DNA of 64,000 nt from an uncultured Anaerolineaceae bacterium (GCA_964572455.1 CAZNFL010000004.1:3970-67969), one strand, 5' to 3'; shown: positions 16,683-26,048, counted from the first letter of the stretch. Notes: generated from the letters alone by a model not told the origin. Made by a program: numbers and translations.

Positions 16683-19427
16683 ATGGCCAAAACCTGGGTT
16701 TATTCGTTTAACGAAGTTGAGGCCGCTGAATCAGCGGTCGGTGGAGATTGGGACAATGTGCGCGCCCTGCTGGGTGGCAAAGGAGCCAACTTGGCGGATA
16801 TGACCCGGCTTGGCATTCCCGTGCCCCCCGGCTTTATTATCACGACCGAAGGCTGCAACGCTTATCAGCAGAACGATCAGCGCTTTCCCGCTGGGATGTG
16901 GGACCAGGTCCTGGCCCACATAAAGCGTGTAGAGGCCGCCACTGGCCGGGTTTTTGGTGGCGCCAGGAATCCCCTGCTGGTGTCCTGCCGCTCTGGAGCC
17001 AAATTCTCCATGCCCGGCATGATGGATACCGTCCTCAACATCGGGCTGAACGACGAGACAGTAAAGGGGATGATCGCCCTTACCGGCGATGAGCGCGCAG
17101 TCTATAACCTCTATCGCCGTCTGCTGCAAATGTTTGGCTCCGTGGTGTTAAATATCGCGGATGAGCCATTCGAAGGTCTTATTGAAGTCCAAAAGAAAAA
17201 GCGCAACGTCAAGCTGGATGTGGAATTAAAAGCACAGGACTGGAAAGAGCTTTGCACATTGTTCAAAGCCCTGGTTGAAAAAGAATACGGCGCCAGCTTC
17301 CCGCAGGACCCCTATAAGCAATTGAAGATGGCGGCCGAAGCCGTATTCAGATCCTGGAACGGCAAACGCGCCGTAGATTACCGCAACGCGGCCGGCATCT
17401 CTCACTCCCTGGGTACTGCGGTCAACGTGCAGACCATGGTGTTCGGCAACCTGGGCGAAGGCTCGGGCACCGGCGTCGCCTTCACCCGCGACCCGGCTAG
17501 CGGCGAACGCAAGCTCTATGGCGATTATTTGATCAATGCCCAGGGCGAAGACGTGGTTGCTGGTATTCGTAACACCAAGCCCATCGCCGAGTTGGAAAAG
17601 GAATTCCCTGAAAGTTATGCCGAATTTATCGGCATATGCAACAAGCTAGAAAAGCACTACAAGGACCTGCAGGATGTGGAGTTCACCATCCAGCAGGGCA
17701 GGCTATGGATGTTGCAAACCCGTACTGGTAAGCGCACGGCCAAGGCAGCGGTGCGCGCCGCCACCGAGATGGTGGACGAAGGGCTCATCACTCGCCAGGA
17801 AGCCGTGAAACGCGTCACCCCTGAACAGGTGGATATTTTACTGCACCCGCAATTTGAAGCCAGGTCGACCGCCGCCGCCCGTGAGAGCGGGCAGTTGTTG
17901 GCCCATGGCGTGAACGCCTCCCCCGGCGCGGCTGTCGGCCGCGTGTACTTCGACGCCACCAAGGCTGAGCACATGGCCAAGGACGAGCACCAGGACGTGA
18001 TCATGGTGCGGCCATTCACCCGCCCGGATGATGTGCACGGCATGCTGGCCGCCAAAGGGATCCTCACCAGCGAAGGCGGCGCCACCTCGCACGCCGCGGT
18101 GGTGGCCCGCCAGTTCGGCGTGCCTTGTGTGGTAGGCGCGTCCACATTGGAGATCGACCTGGAAAGCCGGCGCATGCGGGTAAACGACACGCAGATCCAA
18201 GAAGGTGATTGGATCTCGGTGGATGGAACCAACGGGGATGTGTTCGTTGGCAACCTGCCCACCGTGGTCCCCAAACTTGAGGAACAACATGAACTGCTCA
18301 GGCTGCTCAGTTGGGCAGATGAACTTGCCCAAGGCGAAAACGGCCGCGGCCTGCAGGTGTGGGCCAATGCCGATTACCCAGCGGATGCCCAGCGGGCGCG
18401 CAGCTACGGGGCCCGCGGCATTGGCCTGTGCCGCACCGAGCATATGTTCTTCGAACAAGAGCGCCTGCCGATCGTGCAGCGCATGATCCTTTCTGAGAGT
18501 GTGGCGGACCGCCGCGCCGCGTTGGACGAACTCCTGCCTTACCAGCAATCCGACTTCGAAGGCCTTTTCAGCGCCATGAACGGGCTACCGGTGGTCATCA
18601 GGCTGATTGACCCGCCATTACACGAGTTTCTCCCCAATATGGAAACCTTGATCGAGGAAGTTGCCACCCTTCGCGCCAACGGTAAACAGGACGGCCTGCC
18701 GGCCAAGGAAAAACTGCTGGGCCGGGTACGCGCCTTGCACGAAAGCAACCCCATGATGGGCATGCGCGGGGTGCGTCTCAGCATCGTAATGCCGGAGATC
18801 GTCGAAATGCAAGTGCGCGCCATCTTCCAGGCTGCCGTCGCAGTGACCAAAAGCGGAATAAAGCCCAAGCCTGAGGTCATGATCCCGCTGACCGCGCATC
18901 TGAATGAACTGAAGTTCATTCAGCCGCGCTTGGAGATCGTGGCGCGAGAGGTGATGAAGGCTTCCGGCGTAAAGATCGAATACAAATACGGCACCATGAT
19001 CGAAATCCCCAGGGCAGCCTTAACCGCCGGTGAAATCTCCCAGGTGGCAGAGTTCTTTTCCTTCGGAACCAATGATTTGACCCAGATGACCTACGGGTTC
19101 AGCCGGGATGACGCCGAAGGCAACTTCCTCTTGAAATATGTGGAGGAGGGTATCCTGCCAAACAATCCCTTTCAAACTATTGACCAGGCCGGCGTGGGCC
19201 GCCTGATGTCCATGGCAGTGGTGGAAGGACGCAAGACCCGGCCAGACCTTGAGGTTGGCATCTGCGGCGAGCATGGTGGCGATCCAGCTTCCATCGAATT
19301 TTGCCAGCGCATCGGCTTAAATTATGTGAGCTGCTCGCCTTTCCGCGTACCCATTGCGCGGCTGGCTGCCGCCCAGGCTACTTTGAAAAGCCGAGTTCAA
19401 TCGCCGAATGGCAAGGTGAAGCACTAG
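16683..19427 (+). CDS. ppdK: pyruvate, phosphate dikinase
   Basis: Phosphohistidine loop GGATSHAAVVARQFGVPCV. C-terminal FSFGTNDLTQMT and CGEHGGDP. RBS AAGGAG 7 nt before ATG 16683. The track start at 16647 is a TTG. Confidence 0.93.
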   Translation: MAKTWVYSFNEVEAAESAVGGDWDNVRALLGGKGANLADMTRLGIPVPPGFIITTEGCNAYQQNDQRFPAGMWDQVLAHIKRVEAATGRVFGGARNPLLVSCRSGAKFSMPGMMDTVLNIGLNDETVKGMIALTGDERAVYNLYRRLLQMFGSVVLNIADEPFEGLIEVQKKKRNVKLDVELKAQDWKELCTLFKALVEKEYGASFPQDPYKQLKMAAEAVFRSWNGKRAVDYRNAAGISHSLGTAVNVQTMVFGNLGEGSGTGVAFTRDPASGERKLYGDYLINAQGEDVVAGIRNTKPIAELEKEFPESYAEFIGICNKLEKHYKDLQDVEFTIQQGRLWMLQTRTGKRTAKAAVRAATEMVDEGLITRQEAVKRVTPEQVDILLHPQFEARSTAAARESGQLLAHGVNASPGAAVGRVYFDATKAEHMAKDEHQDVIMVRPFTRPDDVHGMLAAKGILTSEGGATSHAAVVARQFGVPCVVGASTLEIDLESRRMRVNDTQIQEGDWISVDGTNGDVFVGNLPTVVPKLEEQHELLRLLSWADELAQGENGRGLQVWANADYPADAQRARSYGARGIGLCRTEHMFFEQERLPIVQRMILSESVADRRAALDELLPYQQSDFEGLFSAMNGLPVVIRLIDPPLHEFLPNMETLIEEVATLRANGKQDGLPAKEKLLGRVRALHESNPMMGMRGVRLSIVMPEIVEMQVRAIFQAAVAVTKSGIKPKPEVMIPLTAHLNELKFIQPRLEIVAREVMKASGVKIEYKYGTMIEIPRAALTAGEISQVAEFFSFGTNDLTQMTYGFSRDDAEGNFLLKYVEEGILPNNPFQTIDQAGVGRLMSMAVVEGRKTRPDLEVGICGEHGGDPASIEFCQRIGLNYVSCSPFRVPIARLAAAQATLKSRVQSPNGKVKH

Positions 19428-19645
19428 GTTTCTACGCATCCAAGCTGGGGGGACCGCCGATGAAGTGCTGCAGCCTCTAGGGTCGGCAAGGATCCTGGAA
19501 ACCTGGCTGGCTGACGAGGGAAGCTATTGGTCGCTGGAGGATTTCATCGGGTCTACGCCCGTGGAATTGCCGCTGCTGGAGGAGATCAACCAGAAACGCA
19601 GCAGGCGGCCGCATTTGTAATTTTGCCTCTGGATTTGCAGAACAT

Positions 19646-19706
19646 GGTTATTCGGAAGATAAGGTTATAAGGATTCTTCGGCTCGCCGAGCTCGCCTCAG
19701 AATGAC
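19646..19706 (-). repeat. dispersed CTGAG...CGAAG hairpin element, copy C (short form, inverted)
   Basis: The reverse complement reads gtcattctgaggcgagctcggcgagccgaagaatccttataaccttatcttccgaataacc. Confidence 0.7.
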
Positions 19707-19805
19707 ACCGGGGATAAGGTAGTTCGCCAGACACACTTTCCCCGTTATCCTGAGAGGCGATTCTATTCTGAAGGACTTATCCAAGGCGCGTTTAACTAAG
19801 CAGGC

Positions 19806-20606
19806 TTATTGGGTTTTGTTCCCTGTTTCATCTGCAAACAAGGGCTCGATGATTTGGCTGATCTCGATTTCTTTGGGGGGCGAGTTGGTCGCCCAAAGCA
19901 AAAATTCCACATTACCCTTCGGCCCGAGCAGAGGTGAGCGCATCAGTCCCGCAAGGCTGAACCCTTGGGCCTGGGCAAAGTCCAGCATGTCGTGCAGCAC
20001 CTGGCGATGGATCCGCGGGTCGCGGATGACCCCTTTGCCCTTGCTCGCCTCGGACTTGCCGGCTTCGAATTGGGGCTTGATCAAGGCCAGTAGCGCGCCC
20101 CCATCTGAAAGCCAGTTGCGCACTACAGGGAGCAAAATCTTGAGGGAAATAAAGGAGGCGTCGACGCTTACGATGTCCGCCGGTTCCGGCAGCTTGGCAA
20201 CAAAGCGGGCATTGGTTTCTTCGAGGATGATGACCCGCGGGTTTTGGCGCAGCTTCCAATGCAGCTGCCCTTTGCCCACATCAATGGCATAGACTTTGGC
20301 CGCGCCGTGCTGCAGCAGGCAATCGCTGAACCCGCCGGTGGAGGCGCCCAGGTCCGCGCACACGCGGCCTTCGACCGCGATGCCGAAAAGCTTAATGGCC
20401 GCGGCCAGTTTTTCCCCGCCACGCGACACAAAACGCGGGCCGCTATCTACTTTCAAGTCCACTTCGGGAGGCAGCAGGCTGGACGCTTTGGCCACCACCT
20501 GGCCGGCGGCGCGCACCTGGCCGGCCATCACCAGGCGCTGGGCCTGGCTTCGGCTTTCGGCCAGGCCGCGAGCAACCAGCAATTCATCGGCGCGTTGCTT
20601 CGGCAC
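19806..20606 (-). CDS. tlyA: TlyA-family rRNA 2'-O-methyltransferase (S4 + FtsJ domains)
   Basis: 266 aa. N-terminal S4-like RADELLVARGLAESRSQAQRLV. SAM motif DLGASTGGF. Confidence 0.85.
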   Translation of the reverse strand: MPKQRADELLVARGLAESRSQAQRLVMAGQVRAAGQVVAKASSLLPPEVDLKVDSGPRFVSRGGEKLAAAIKLFGIAVEGRVCADLGASTGGFSDCLLQHGAAKVYAIDVGKGQLHWKLRQNPRVIILEETNARFVAKLPEPADIVSVDASFISLKILLPVVRNWLSDGGALLALIKPQFEAGKSEASKGKGVIRDPRIHRQVLHDMLDFAQAQGFSLAGLMRSPLLGPKGNVEFLLWATNSPPKEIEISQIIEPLFADETGNKTQ

Positions 20607-20662
20607 ACTGAGATTCTAACATCGCGCCTTCGGGCGCGTTGTTTTATGCCCCGAAGGATGCT

Positions 20663-21541
20663 ATGATTCCGACCATGCTGCTGGCTTTGCTAAAGAATAT
20701 GCGCCCCAAACAATGGGCCAAGAACCTGCTCGTATTTGCCGGGCTGGTCTTCGACCGCCAGCTCACTTATCAGCCCGCCCTCGAACGAACCCTGGCCGGC
20801 TTTGCCCTATTCTGCATGTTGAGCAGCAGCATCTACTTGATCAATGACATTATAGATTTGGATACTGACCGTAAACATCCCAAGAAAAAGTCGCGACCGC
20901 TGGCTTCAGGCGCCCTGCCGGTCCCCGTGGCCTGGGGTGTGGCCGCGATGTTGTTTGTGCTGTCCCTGGGTCTGGGCTATTGGCTCTCACCCTTATTCGC
21001 CCTCACCTGTCTAGCTTACGCCGCCCTGAATATAAGTTACTCGCTTTGGCTAAAGCATGTGCCGATTATCGACGTGTTGGTGCTGGCCAGTTTTTACGTG
21101 CTGCGGGTTTGGGCGGGCACCTCGCTAATTGAGGTGCAGCGCTTCTCGCCATGGATCTATGCCTTCACTACTTTCCTGGCGCTGTTCCTGGGCGTAGGCA
21201 AGCGGCGCGCGGAGATCTTGCGCAATAAACCGGGAGGCCACGCACGCCGGGTTTTGGAAGGATATACCGCGCCTTTTTTGGAACAGTTGCTGATGATCGT
21301 GCTGTCGCTTTCGATTGTCACCTACAGCCTGTACACATTCCTGGCGCCTAACCTGCCCGAAAACCACGCCATGATGCTAACCATCCCCTTTGTGATCTTC
21401 GGGTTCTTTCGTTATTTGTATCTGATCCAGGTCAAAAATTCCGGTGAAGCCCCCGAAGAGATCTTATTCACAGACCGCCCATTACAGTTCGATTTGCTGC
21501 TGTGGGTGTCCTCTATTCTGCTGATCTTTTACTACTACTAA
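20663..21541 (+). CDS. UbiA-family prenyltransferase resembling decaprenyl-phosphate 5-phosphoribosyltransferase (DPPR synthase)
   Basis: RPKQWAKNLLV, YLINDIIDLDTDRKHPKKKSRPLASG, GKRRAEIL and GEAPEEILFTDRPLQ parallel my recollection of M. tuberculosis Rv3806c. RBS GAAGGA precedes ATG 20663. The track start at 20639 is a TTG. Confidence 0.72.
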   Translation: MIPTMLLALLKNMRPKQWAKNLLVFAGLVFDRQLTYQPALERTLAGFALFCMLSSSIYLINDIIDLDTDRKHPKKKSRPLASGALPVPVAWGVAAMLFVLSLGLGYWLSPLFALTCLAYAALNISYSLWLKHVPIIDVLVLASFYVLRVWAGTSLIEVQRFSPWIYAFTTFLALFLGVGKRRAEILRNKPGGHARRVLEGYTAPFLEQLLMIVLSLSIVTYSLYTFLAPNLPENHAMMLTIPFVIFGFFRYLYLIQVKNSGEAPEEILFTDRPLQFDLLLWVSSILLIFYYY

Positions 21542-21542
21542 C

Positions 21543-22484
21543 ATGCCGGCCATTTCCGCCTCTGCCCCAGGCAAGGTGATCTTGTTTGGCGAGCATGCCG
21601 TGGTGTATGGGCAGCCTGCCATTGCCGTGCCGGTGCAAGCCGTTTCCGCCAAAGCCATTATTACGCCAGACATCCAAGCGCCCAGCGGCCGGGTGTGGAT
21701 CGAAGCTCCCCAGGCGGGCATCTCTGCCGAGCTCGGCGCGGAGCCGGAAAACGACCCGCTGGCCGCGGCTGTGCACGCCGGCTTGCAAGCGCTCGGCATC
21801 CGCCAGCCGCCGGCGTTCAAGCTGCGGGTGAGCTCGACCATTCCTATGGGAGGCGGCCTGGGTTCAGGGGCGGCGGTGAGCGTGGCCATCATACGGGCGG
21901 TTTCTGCTTTCCTCGGGCACCCATTGAGCGATGAGAGAGTTTCGCAGCTGGCCTTTGAGGTCGAAAAGATCCATCATGACACTCCTTCCGGGATCGACAA
22001 TACTGTGATTACCTATGCCAAACCCGTTTTCTTTCTTAAGGGCCGAGCGGTTGAATTCCTTGAGGTGGCTGCGCCCTTCACATTATTGATCGCGGATAGC
22101 GGAGCGTCAACTCCCACAAAGGTCAGCGTCGGCGCGGTGCGCTCGGCCTGGCAGGACGAGCCCCAGCGTTATGAGCAACTCTTCGCCCAGATCGGCGACC
22201 TGGCCAAGCAGGCGCGCAAGGCCATCGAAGCCGGAGATAATAAGCAGCTCGGCCCCCTGATGGATCGCAACCACGAATTGCTGCAGCAGCTAGATGTTTC
22301 TTCGCCTGAGCTGGACACTCTAGTCGCCGCGGCGCGCCAGGCTGGCGCGCTGGGCGCCAAGCTTTCGGGCGGCGGCCGCGGCGGCAATATGATCGCGATG
22401 GTACCTGCCGAGAAAGCAAAGGCGGTTGCCGATGCCTTGCTAGGCGCAGTAGCAATCGGCGTGATCCAAACCACGGTGGAATAA
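21543..22484 (+). CDS. mvk: mevalonate kinase (GHMP family)
   Basis: 313 aa. SAPGKVILFGEHAVVYG. GHMP motif PMGGGLGSGAAVSVA. Confidence 0.85.
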   Translation: MPAISASAPGKVILFGEHAVVYGQPAIAVPVQAVSAKAIITPDIQAPSGRVWIEAPQAGISAELGAEPENDPLAAAVHAGLQALGIRQPPAFKLRVSSTIPMGGGLGSGAAVSVAIIRAVSAFLGHPLSDERVSQLAFEVEKIHHDTPSGIDNTVITYAKPVFFLKGRAVEFLEVAAPFTLLIADSGASTPTKVSVGAVRSAWQDEPQRYEQLFAQIGDLAKQARKAIEAGDNKQLGPLMDRNHELLQQLDVSSPELDTLVAAARQAGALGAKLSGGGRGGNMIAMVPAEKAKAVADALLGAVAIGVIQTTVE

Positions 22485-22488
22485 GCGC

Positions 22489-23280
22489 ATGATCTTCCTC
22501 AAACTTGGCGGTTCGCTGATCACAGAAAAAGAAAAGCCTTCGTCCGCTCGGATCGACGTAATTCAACGCGCCGCCAAGGAAATAGCAGCGGCCTGCGCGA
22601 ACGACCCAGGCCTGCAACTGCTATTAGGCCACGGCTCTGGTTCCTTCGGGCACTTCCCCGCCAAGCATCACAAAACCCGTGAGGGCGTGCGCATTCCGGA
22701 GCAATGGAGCGGCTTCATCGAGGTCTGGCGGCAAGCCGCGGCGCTGAACCACATCGTGATGGATGCGCTGCAGTCCGCCGGGTTGCCGGCTATATCTTTT
22801 TCCCCTTCAGCAGGCGCGCTGGCCCAGGATGGCCAGGTTGCGACTTGGGAATTGCAACCTATATTGGCGGCTGTGGCAGCCGGTCTGGTGCCCGTGGTCT
22901 ATGGCGATGTGGCCTTCGACCTGGCGCGTGGGGGTACGGTGCTTTCCACCGAGGAACTTTTTGTGCACTTGGTAGCCGTACTCAAGCCAACCCGCATCCT
23001 GCTGGCCGGCGATGAAGAAGGCGTGTTGGCCAATTACGGCAGTAATCCGCAACTGATCCCTGAAATTACTCCAGGCTCCTACTCACAGTTCGCCGCTTCG
23101 ATCAGCGGCCCGGCAGCCCCCGACGTGACCGGCGGTATGGCCGGCAAAGTGCAAAGTATGCTCGAGTTGGTGAAGCGGCTTCCAGGCTGCGAAGTGCGCA
23201 TATTTTCTGGCCTGGCGCCTGGAAACATCGAGAAGGCTCTTTCCGGCGCTGCATTAGGTACTCGGCTGCGCGCCGCCTAG
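22489..23280 (+). CDS. isopentenyl phosphate kinase (amino-acid kinase fold)
   Basis: 263 aa. IFLKLGGSLITEK, GHGSGSFGH and DVTGGM motifs. Directly follows mvk. Confidence 0.72.
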   Translation: MIFLKLGGSLITEKEKPSSARIDVIQRAAKEIAAACANDPGLQLLLGHGSGSFGHFPAKHHKTREGVRIPEQWSGFIEVWRQAAALNHIVMDALQSAGLPAISFSPSAGALAQDGQVATWELQPILAAVAAGLVPVVYGDVAFDLARGGTVLSTEELFVHLVAVLKPTRILLAGDEEGVLANYGSNPQLIPEITPGSYSQFAASISGPAAPDVTGGMAGKVQSMLELVKRLPGCEVRIFSGLAPGNIEKALSGAALGTRLRAA

Positions 23281-23328
23281 CCTATCCCGTTTGACACTGC
23301 CACCTGGCTACATTAGACTCTCCTCCCC

Positions 23329-24477
23329 ATGTACACGCGTGAACAACTAGAAGCCCACGAGGACCAGATCCTGGCGCCTTATGGCATGCGCAGCCGCGAG
23401 AGCAAAGGCCGCGCTTACCCCGACAAGGAACCCAAACAGCGCACGCGCTTCCAACGCGATCGTGACCGTATCCTGCACACTTCCGCGTTCCGCCGCCTGG
23501 AATACAAGACGCAAGTCTTCATAAACTTTGAGGGCGATTACTTCCGCACACGGCTGACCCACACCCTGGAGGTCACCCAGATCGGGCGCTCGATCGCCCG
23601 CGCCCTGGGCGCCAACGAAGACCTGGTGGAGGCTGTGTGCCTGGCGCATGACTTGGGGCACGCCGCCTTCGGCCACTCGGGCGAGATGACCCTGAACAAG
23701 CTGATGGAAGGCCACGGCGGCTTTGACCACAACCGCCAATCCTTGCGCATCCTCACGGAGCTGGAGCAGCGCTATCCCAATTTCCCGGGGCTCAACCTAA
23801 CCTGGGAGGTGCGCGAAGGCATCGTCAAGCACGAGACGGAATACGATGTGTCCGACGCCTCAGCCTACGAACCGGAATTGCGCGGCAACCTGGAAGCGCA
23901 GATCGCCAACTCCGCCGACGAGCTCGCTTACACCACACACGACCTGGACGACGGCTTGCGCTCCGGCATGATCACGCCTCCAGATCTGGCCCAGTTGGAA
24001 ATGTGGCAATTACTGGTCGAAAGTGTTGGCTGGGACGGGCAGCGGCTGGACGACCTGACCCGCCACCGGTTGATCCGCCGGCTGATCGGCCTGTTGGTGG
24101 CTGACGTGGTTGAGGCCACCGACAAGCGCATCCAGGCCAGCAAGGCGAAGAGCGCGCTGGACTTGCAGAAACTGGATCACAACGTGATCGGTTACAGCGA
24201 AGACATCCAGCGCCGCAACCGGCAGCTGAAGGATTTCCTGTTCAGGAATTTATACAACCACCCGCGGGTGGTACGCATGGCGGTAAAAGCGGAAGGCGTA
24301 ATCTCGGACATCTTCGAGGCCTACATCAATGCCCCATCCATGCTGCCCTACGATTTCCAGGAGCTTATAAAAGAACGCGGCCTAGAGCGCACGGTGTGCG
24401 ATTATTTGGCGGGCATGACCGATCGTTACGCCATCCAGGAATACGGAAAACTTTTCGACCCGCACAGCCTGCCATGA
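23329..24477 (+). CDS. dgt: dGTP triphosphohydrolase-like HD-domain protein
   Basis: 382 aa. RDRDRILHTSAFRRL, RLTHTLEV and AHDLGHAAFGH. Possible promoter TTGACA 23291-23296 / TAGACT 23314-23319. Confidence 0.85.
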   Translation: MYTREQLEAHEDQILAPYGMRSRESKGRAYPDKEPKQRTRFQRDRDRILHTSAFRRLEYKTQVFINFEGDYFRTRLTHTLEVTQIGRSIARALGANEDLVEAVCLAHDLGHAAFGHSGEMTLNKLMEGHGGFDHNRQSLRILTELEQRYPNFPGLNLTWEVREGIVKHETEYDVSDASAYEPELRGNLEAQIANSADELAYTTHDLDDGLRSGMITPPDLAQLEMWQLLVESVGWDGQRLDDLTRHRLIRRLIGLLVADVVEATDKRIQASKAKSALDLQKLDHNVIGYSEDIQRRNRQLKDFLFRNLYNHPRVVRMAVKAEGVISDIFEAYINAPSMLPYDFQELIKERGLERTVCDYLAGMTDRYAIQEYGKLFDPHSLP

Positions 24478-24944
24478 GCCACCAGGAGTATTACCTCACC
24501 GCGGAAGGCGCCGAGCGCCTGCGCAAAGAGCTGGCCGAGCTCAAGGGGCCGCGGCGCACCGAACTGGCCCAGCGGCTGCGCACCGCCATCCAGCAGGGCG
24601 ACCTTTCGGAGAACGCCGATTACTCCAAGGCCAAGGAAGACCAGGCCTTCCTCGAGGGCCGCATCCAGGAATTGGAAACCTTGCTGAGCCGGGCTGAAAT
24701 TATTTCGGCGAGCGGATCCCCGACCGGGGTGATCGGGCTTGGGTCCGTGGTCCTAATCCGCGAGAAAGGCCGCGAGCCGGTGAAATATTTCCTGGTAGGC
24801 GCACAGGAAGCTGACCCGCGCAACGGCCGCATCTCACACGAGTCGCCCATCGGGCGGGTGCTGATCGGCCACAAAGCAGGCGAGACGGTGAAAGCGCAAA
24901 CGCCTGCGGGGGAATTAAGTTTCGAGATCGTTGAAGTTGAGTAA
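24474..24944 (+). CDS. greA: transcription elongation factor GreA
   Basis: 156 aa from ATG 24474 (ATGA overlap with the dgt stop). YLTAEGAERLRKEL...GDLSENADYSKAKE. Confidence 0.9.
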   Translation: MSHQEYYLTAEGAERLRKELAELKGPRRTELAQRLRTAIQQGDLSENADYSKAKEDQAFLEGRIQELETLLSRAEIISASGSPTGVIGLGSVVLIREKGREPVKYFLVGAQEADPRNGRISHESPIGRVLIGHKAGETVKAQTPAGELSFEIVEVE

Positions 24945-24946
24945 AT

Positions 24947-25010
24947 CCCTAATCAATTAATCCAATAATCGGTTAATCGATTAGCTGATTAACCGATTAG
25001 CTGATTGATT
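24947..25010. repeat. tandem array of palindromic octamer GATTAATC (8 phased units)
   Basis: CCCTAATC AATTAATC CAATAATC GGTTAATC GATTAGCT GATTAACC GATTAGCT GATTGATT. It fills the whole gap between the convergent stops of greA (24944) and 25011(-). Confidence 0.8.
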
Positions 25011-26048
25011 TTATATCTTAGACCAGACCGCCAACTCGAGCGTGGCGCGCTCGAAGAAGCTGTCTTCCGGCATCGGCCCTTCGCCATATTGCATGTCTAC
25101 CACGCGGGCCACCATTTGCAAGGTGGCCGTCTCAAGCACCATCTCCACGCCCGGCCTGGCCAGCACGGGCTCGCCCTTGGCGGAGAGCCGCTCGCGGGCG
25201 GCATCATCGCGGAAGAGATGGTTGCTCATCAGCACCTTGGTCACGGTCTGGATATCGTTCTTATCGAACAGCCAGATCTCGAAGGCGGAGACGCGTTTGG
25301 GGTTGCCCACGCCGATGGTCTCGGCGATGCTGACGCCGCATTCGCCCATGAACTCGCCGGCCGGCGAGTCGATGCTGTAGGAATCGTCGTACAGGTCGTC
25401 GCCTTGGACGTAATTGGTCATCCATTGGGAGAGCGGCGGAGAATCCGCTCCCGCGCCGGGTTCGGCCAACTCGGTTTGCTGGGCGGCCGCGCGGGTCTTG
25501 AGGATGCCGGGGCGCAGTTCGTCGCCTTGGCGGCTGCGCACAATATAGAGCACACCTAACACCAGGCCGATCACCAGGGTAATGCCGCACAGGGTGGTGA
25601 GGAGAGTCCCTGTGCTGAAAATCGATCCGTCGCCTTCCGCGGGAGCTGGCGCGTCATCGACAGGCGGGGCTGTGCCGCCAAGCAAGGCCTGGAAGCGGGC
25701 AATGGTTTCCACGCTTTGTACCCCGGGCGCGGATGCTACCGCCGCCATGGTCTCGTCCACCCGCGCGCCTAGGGCGGCCAGGCGCTGGCGGGCCAGCGTG
25801 TCGTCGGGGCGCTGGGTGTAGGAGTCGACCGCGGCGCGCAAGTAATCGGCGCGCAGGGCCGGGCTCAGCTCGGCGGCGGAGGCATTCTCCCAGTCCACAG
25901 GGAACAGCCACCAGCCCAGCACCACCAAGCCGACGATCAGGCCGCCCACAAAGGCAGCAATGGCCAGCGTGCGCGGCTCGCTCAGGGAGGCGAGATTTAG
26001 GTTCTTCGGCAAGGAGAGGCGCGGCTTGGTTTGGCCCGTAGGTTCCAT
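25011..26048 (-). CDS. two-TM membrane protein, function unknown
   Basis: 345 aa from ATG 26048 (AGGAG 6 nt upstream). TM helices at about aa 30-55 and about aa 170-195. Conserved-looking C-terminal soluble domain. The track extension to 26270 runs through the RNA motif. Confidence 0.6.
   Translation of the reverse strand: MEPTGQTKPRLSLPKNLNLASLSEPRTLAIAAFVGGLIVGLVVLGWWLFPVDWENASAAELSPALRADYLRAAVDSYTQRPDDTLARQRLAALGARVDETMAAVASAPGVQSVETIARFQALLGGTAPPVDDAPAPAEGDGSIFSTGTLLTTLCGITLVIGLVLGVLYIVRSRQGDELRPGILKTRAAAQQTELAEPGAGADSPPLSQWMTNYVQGDDLYDDSYSIDSPAGEFMGECGVSIAETIGVGNPKRVSAFEIWLFDKNDIQTVTKVLMSNHLFRDDAARERLSAKGEPVLARPGVEMVLETATLQMVARVVDMQYGEGPMPEDSFFERATLELAVWSKI

Noticed and set aside
17657-18548. 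Two 236-aa minus-strand ORFs
   Set aside because: Antisense to ppdK, whose identity is unambiguous.
20623-20646. CGCGCC-ttcg-GGCGCG hairpin plus T-tract
   Set aside because: It looks like an intrinsic terminator but lies between the divergent starts of tlyA and the UbiA-like gene. It might be a 5' leader structure, and the evidence is insufficient.
24947-25010. Possible CRISPR array
   Set aside because: The units are 8 nt, contiguous and degenerate, with no spacers and no cas genes. It is a simple tandem repeat.
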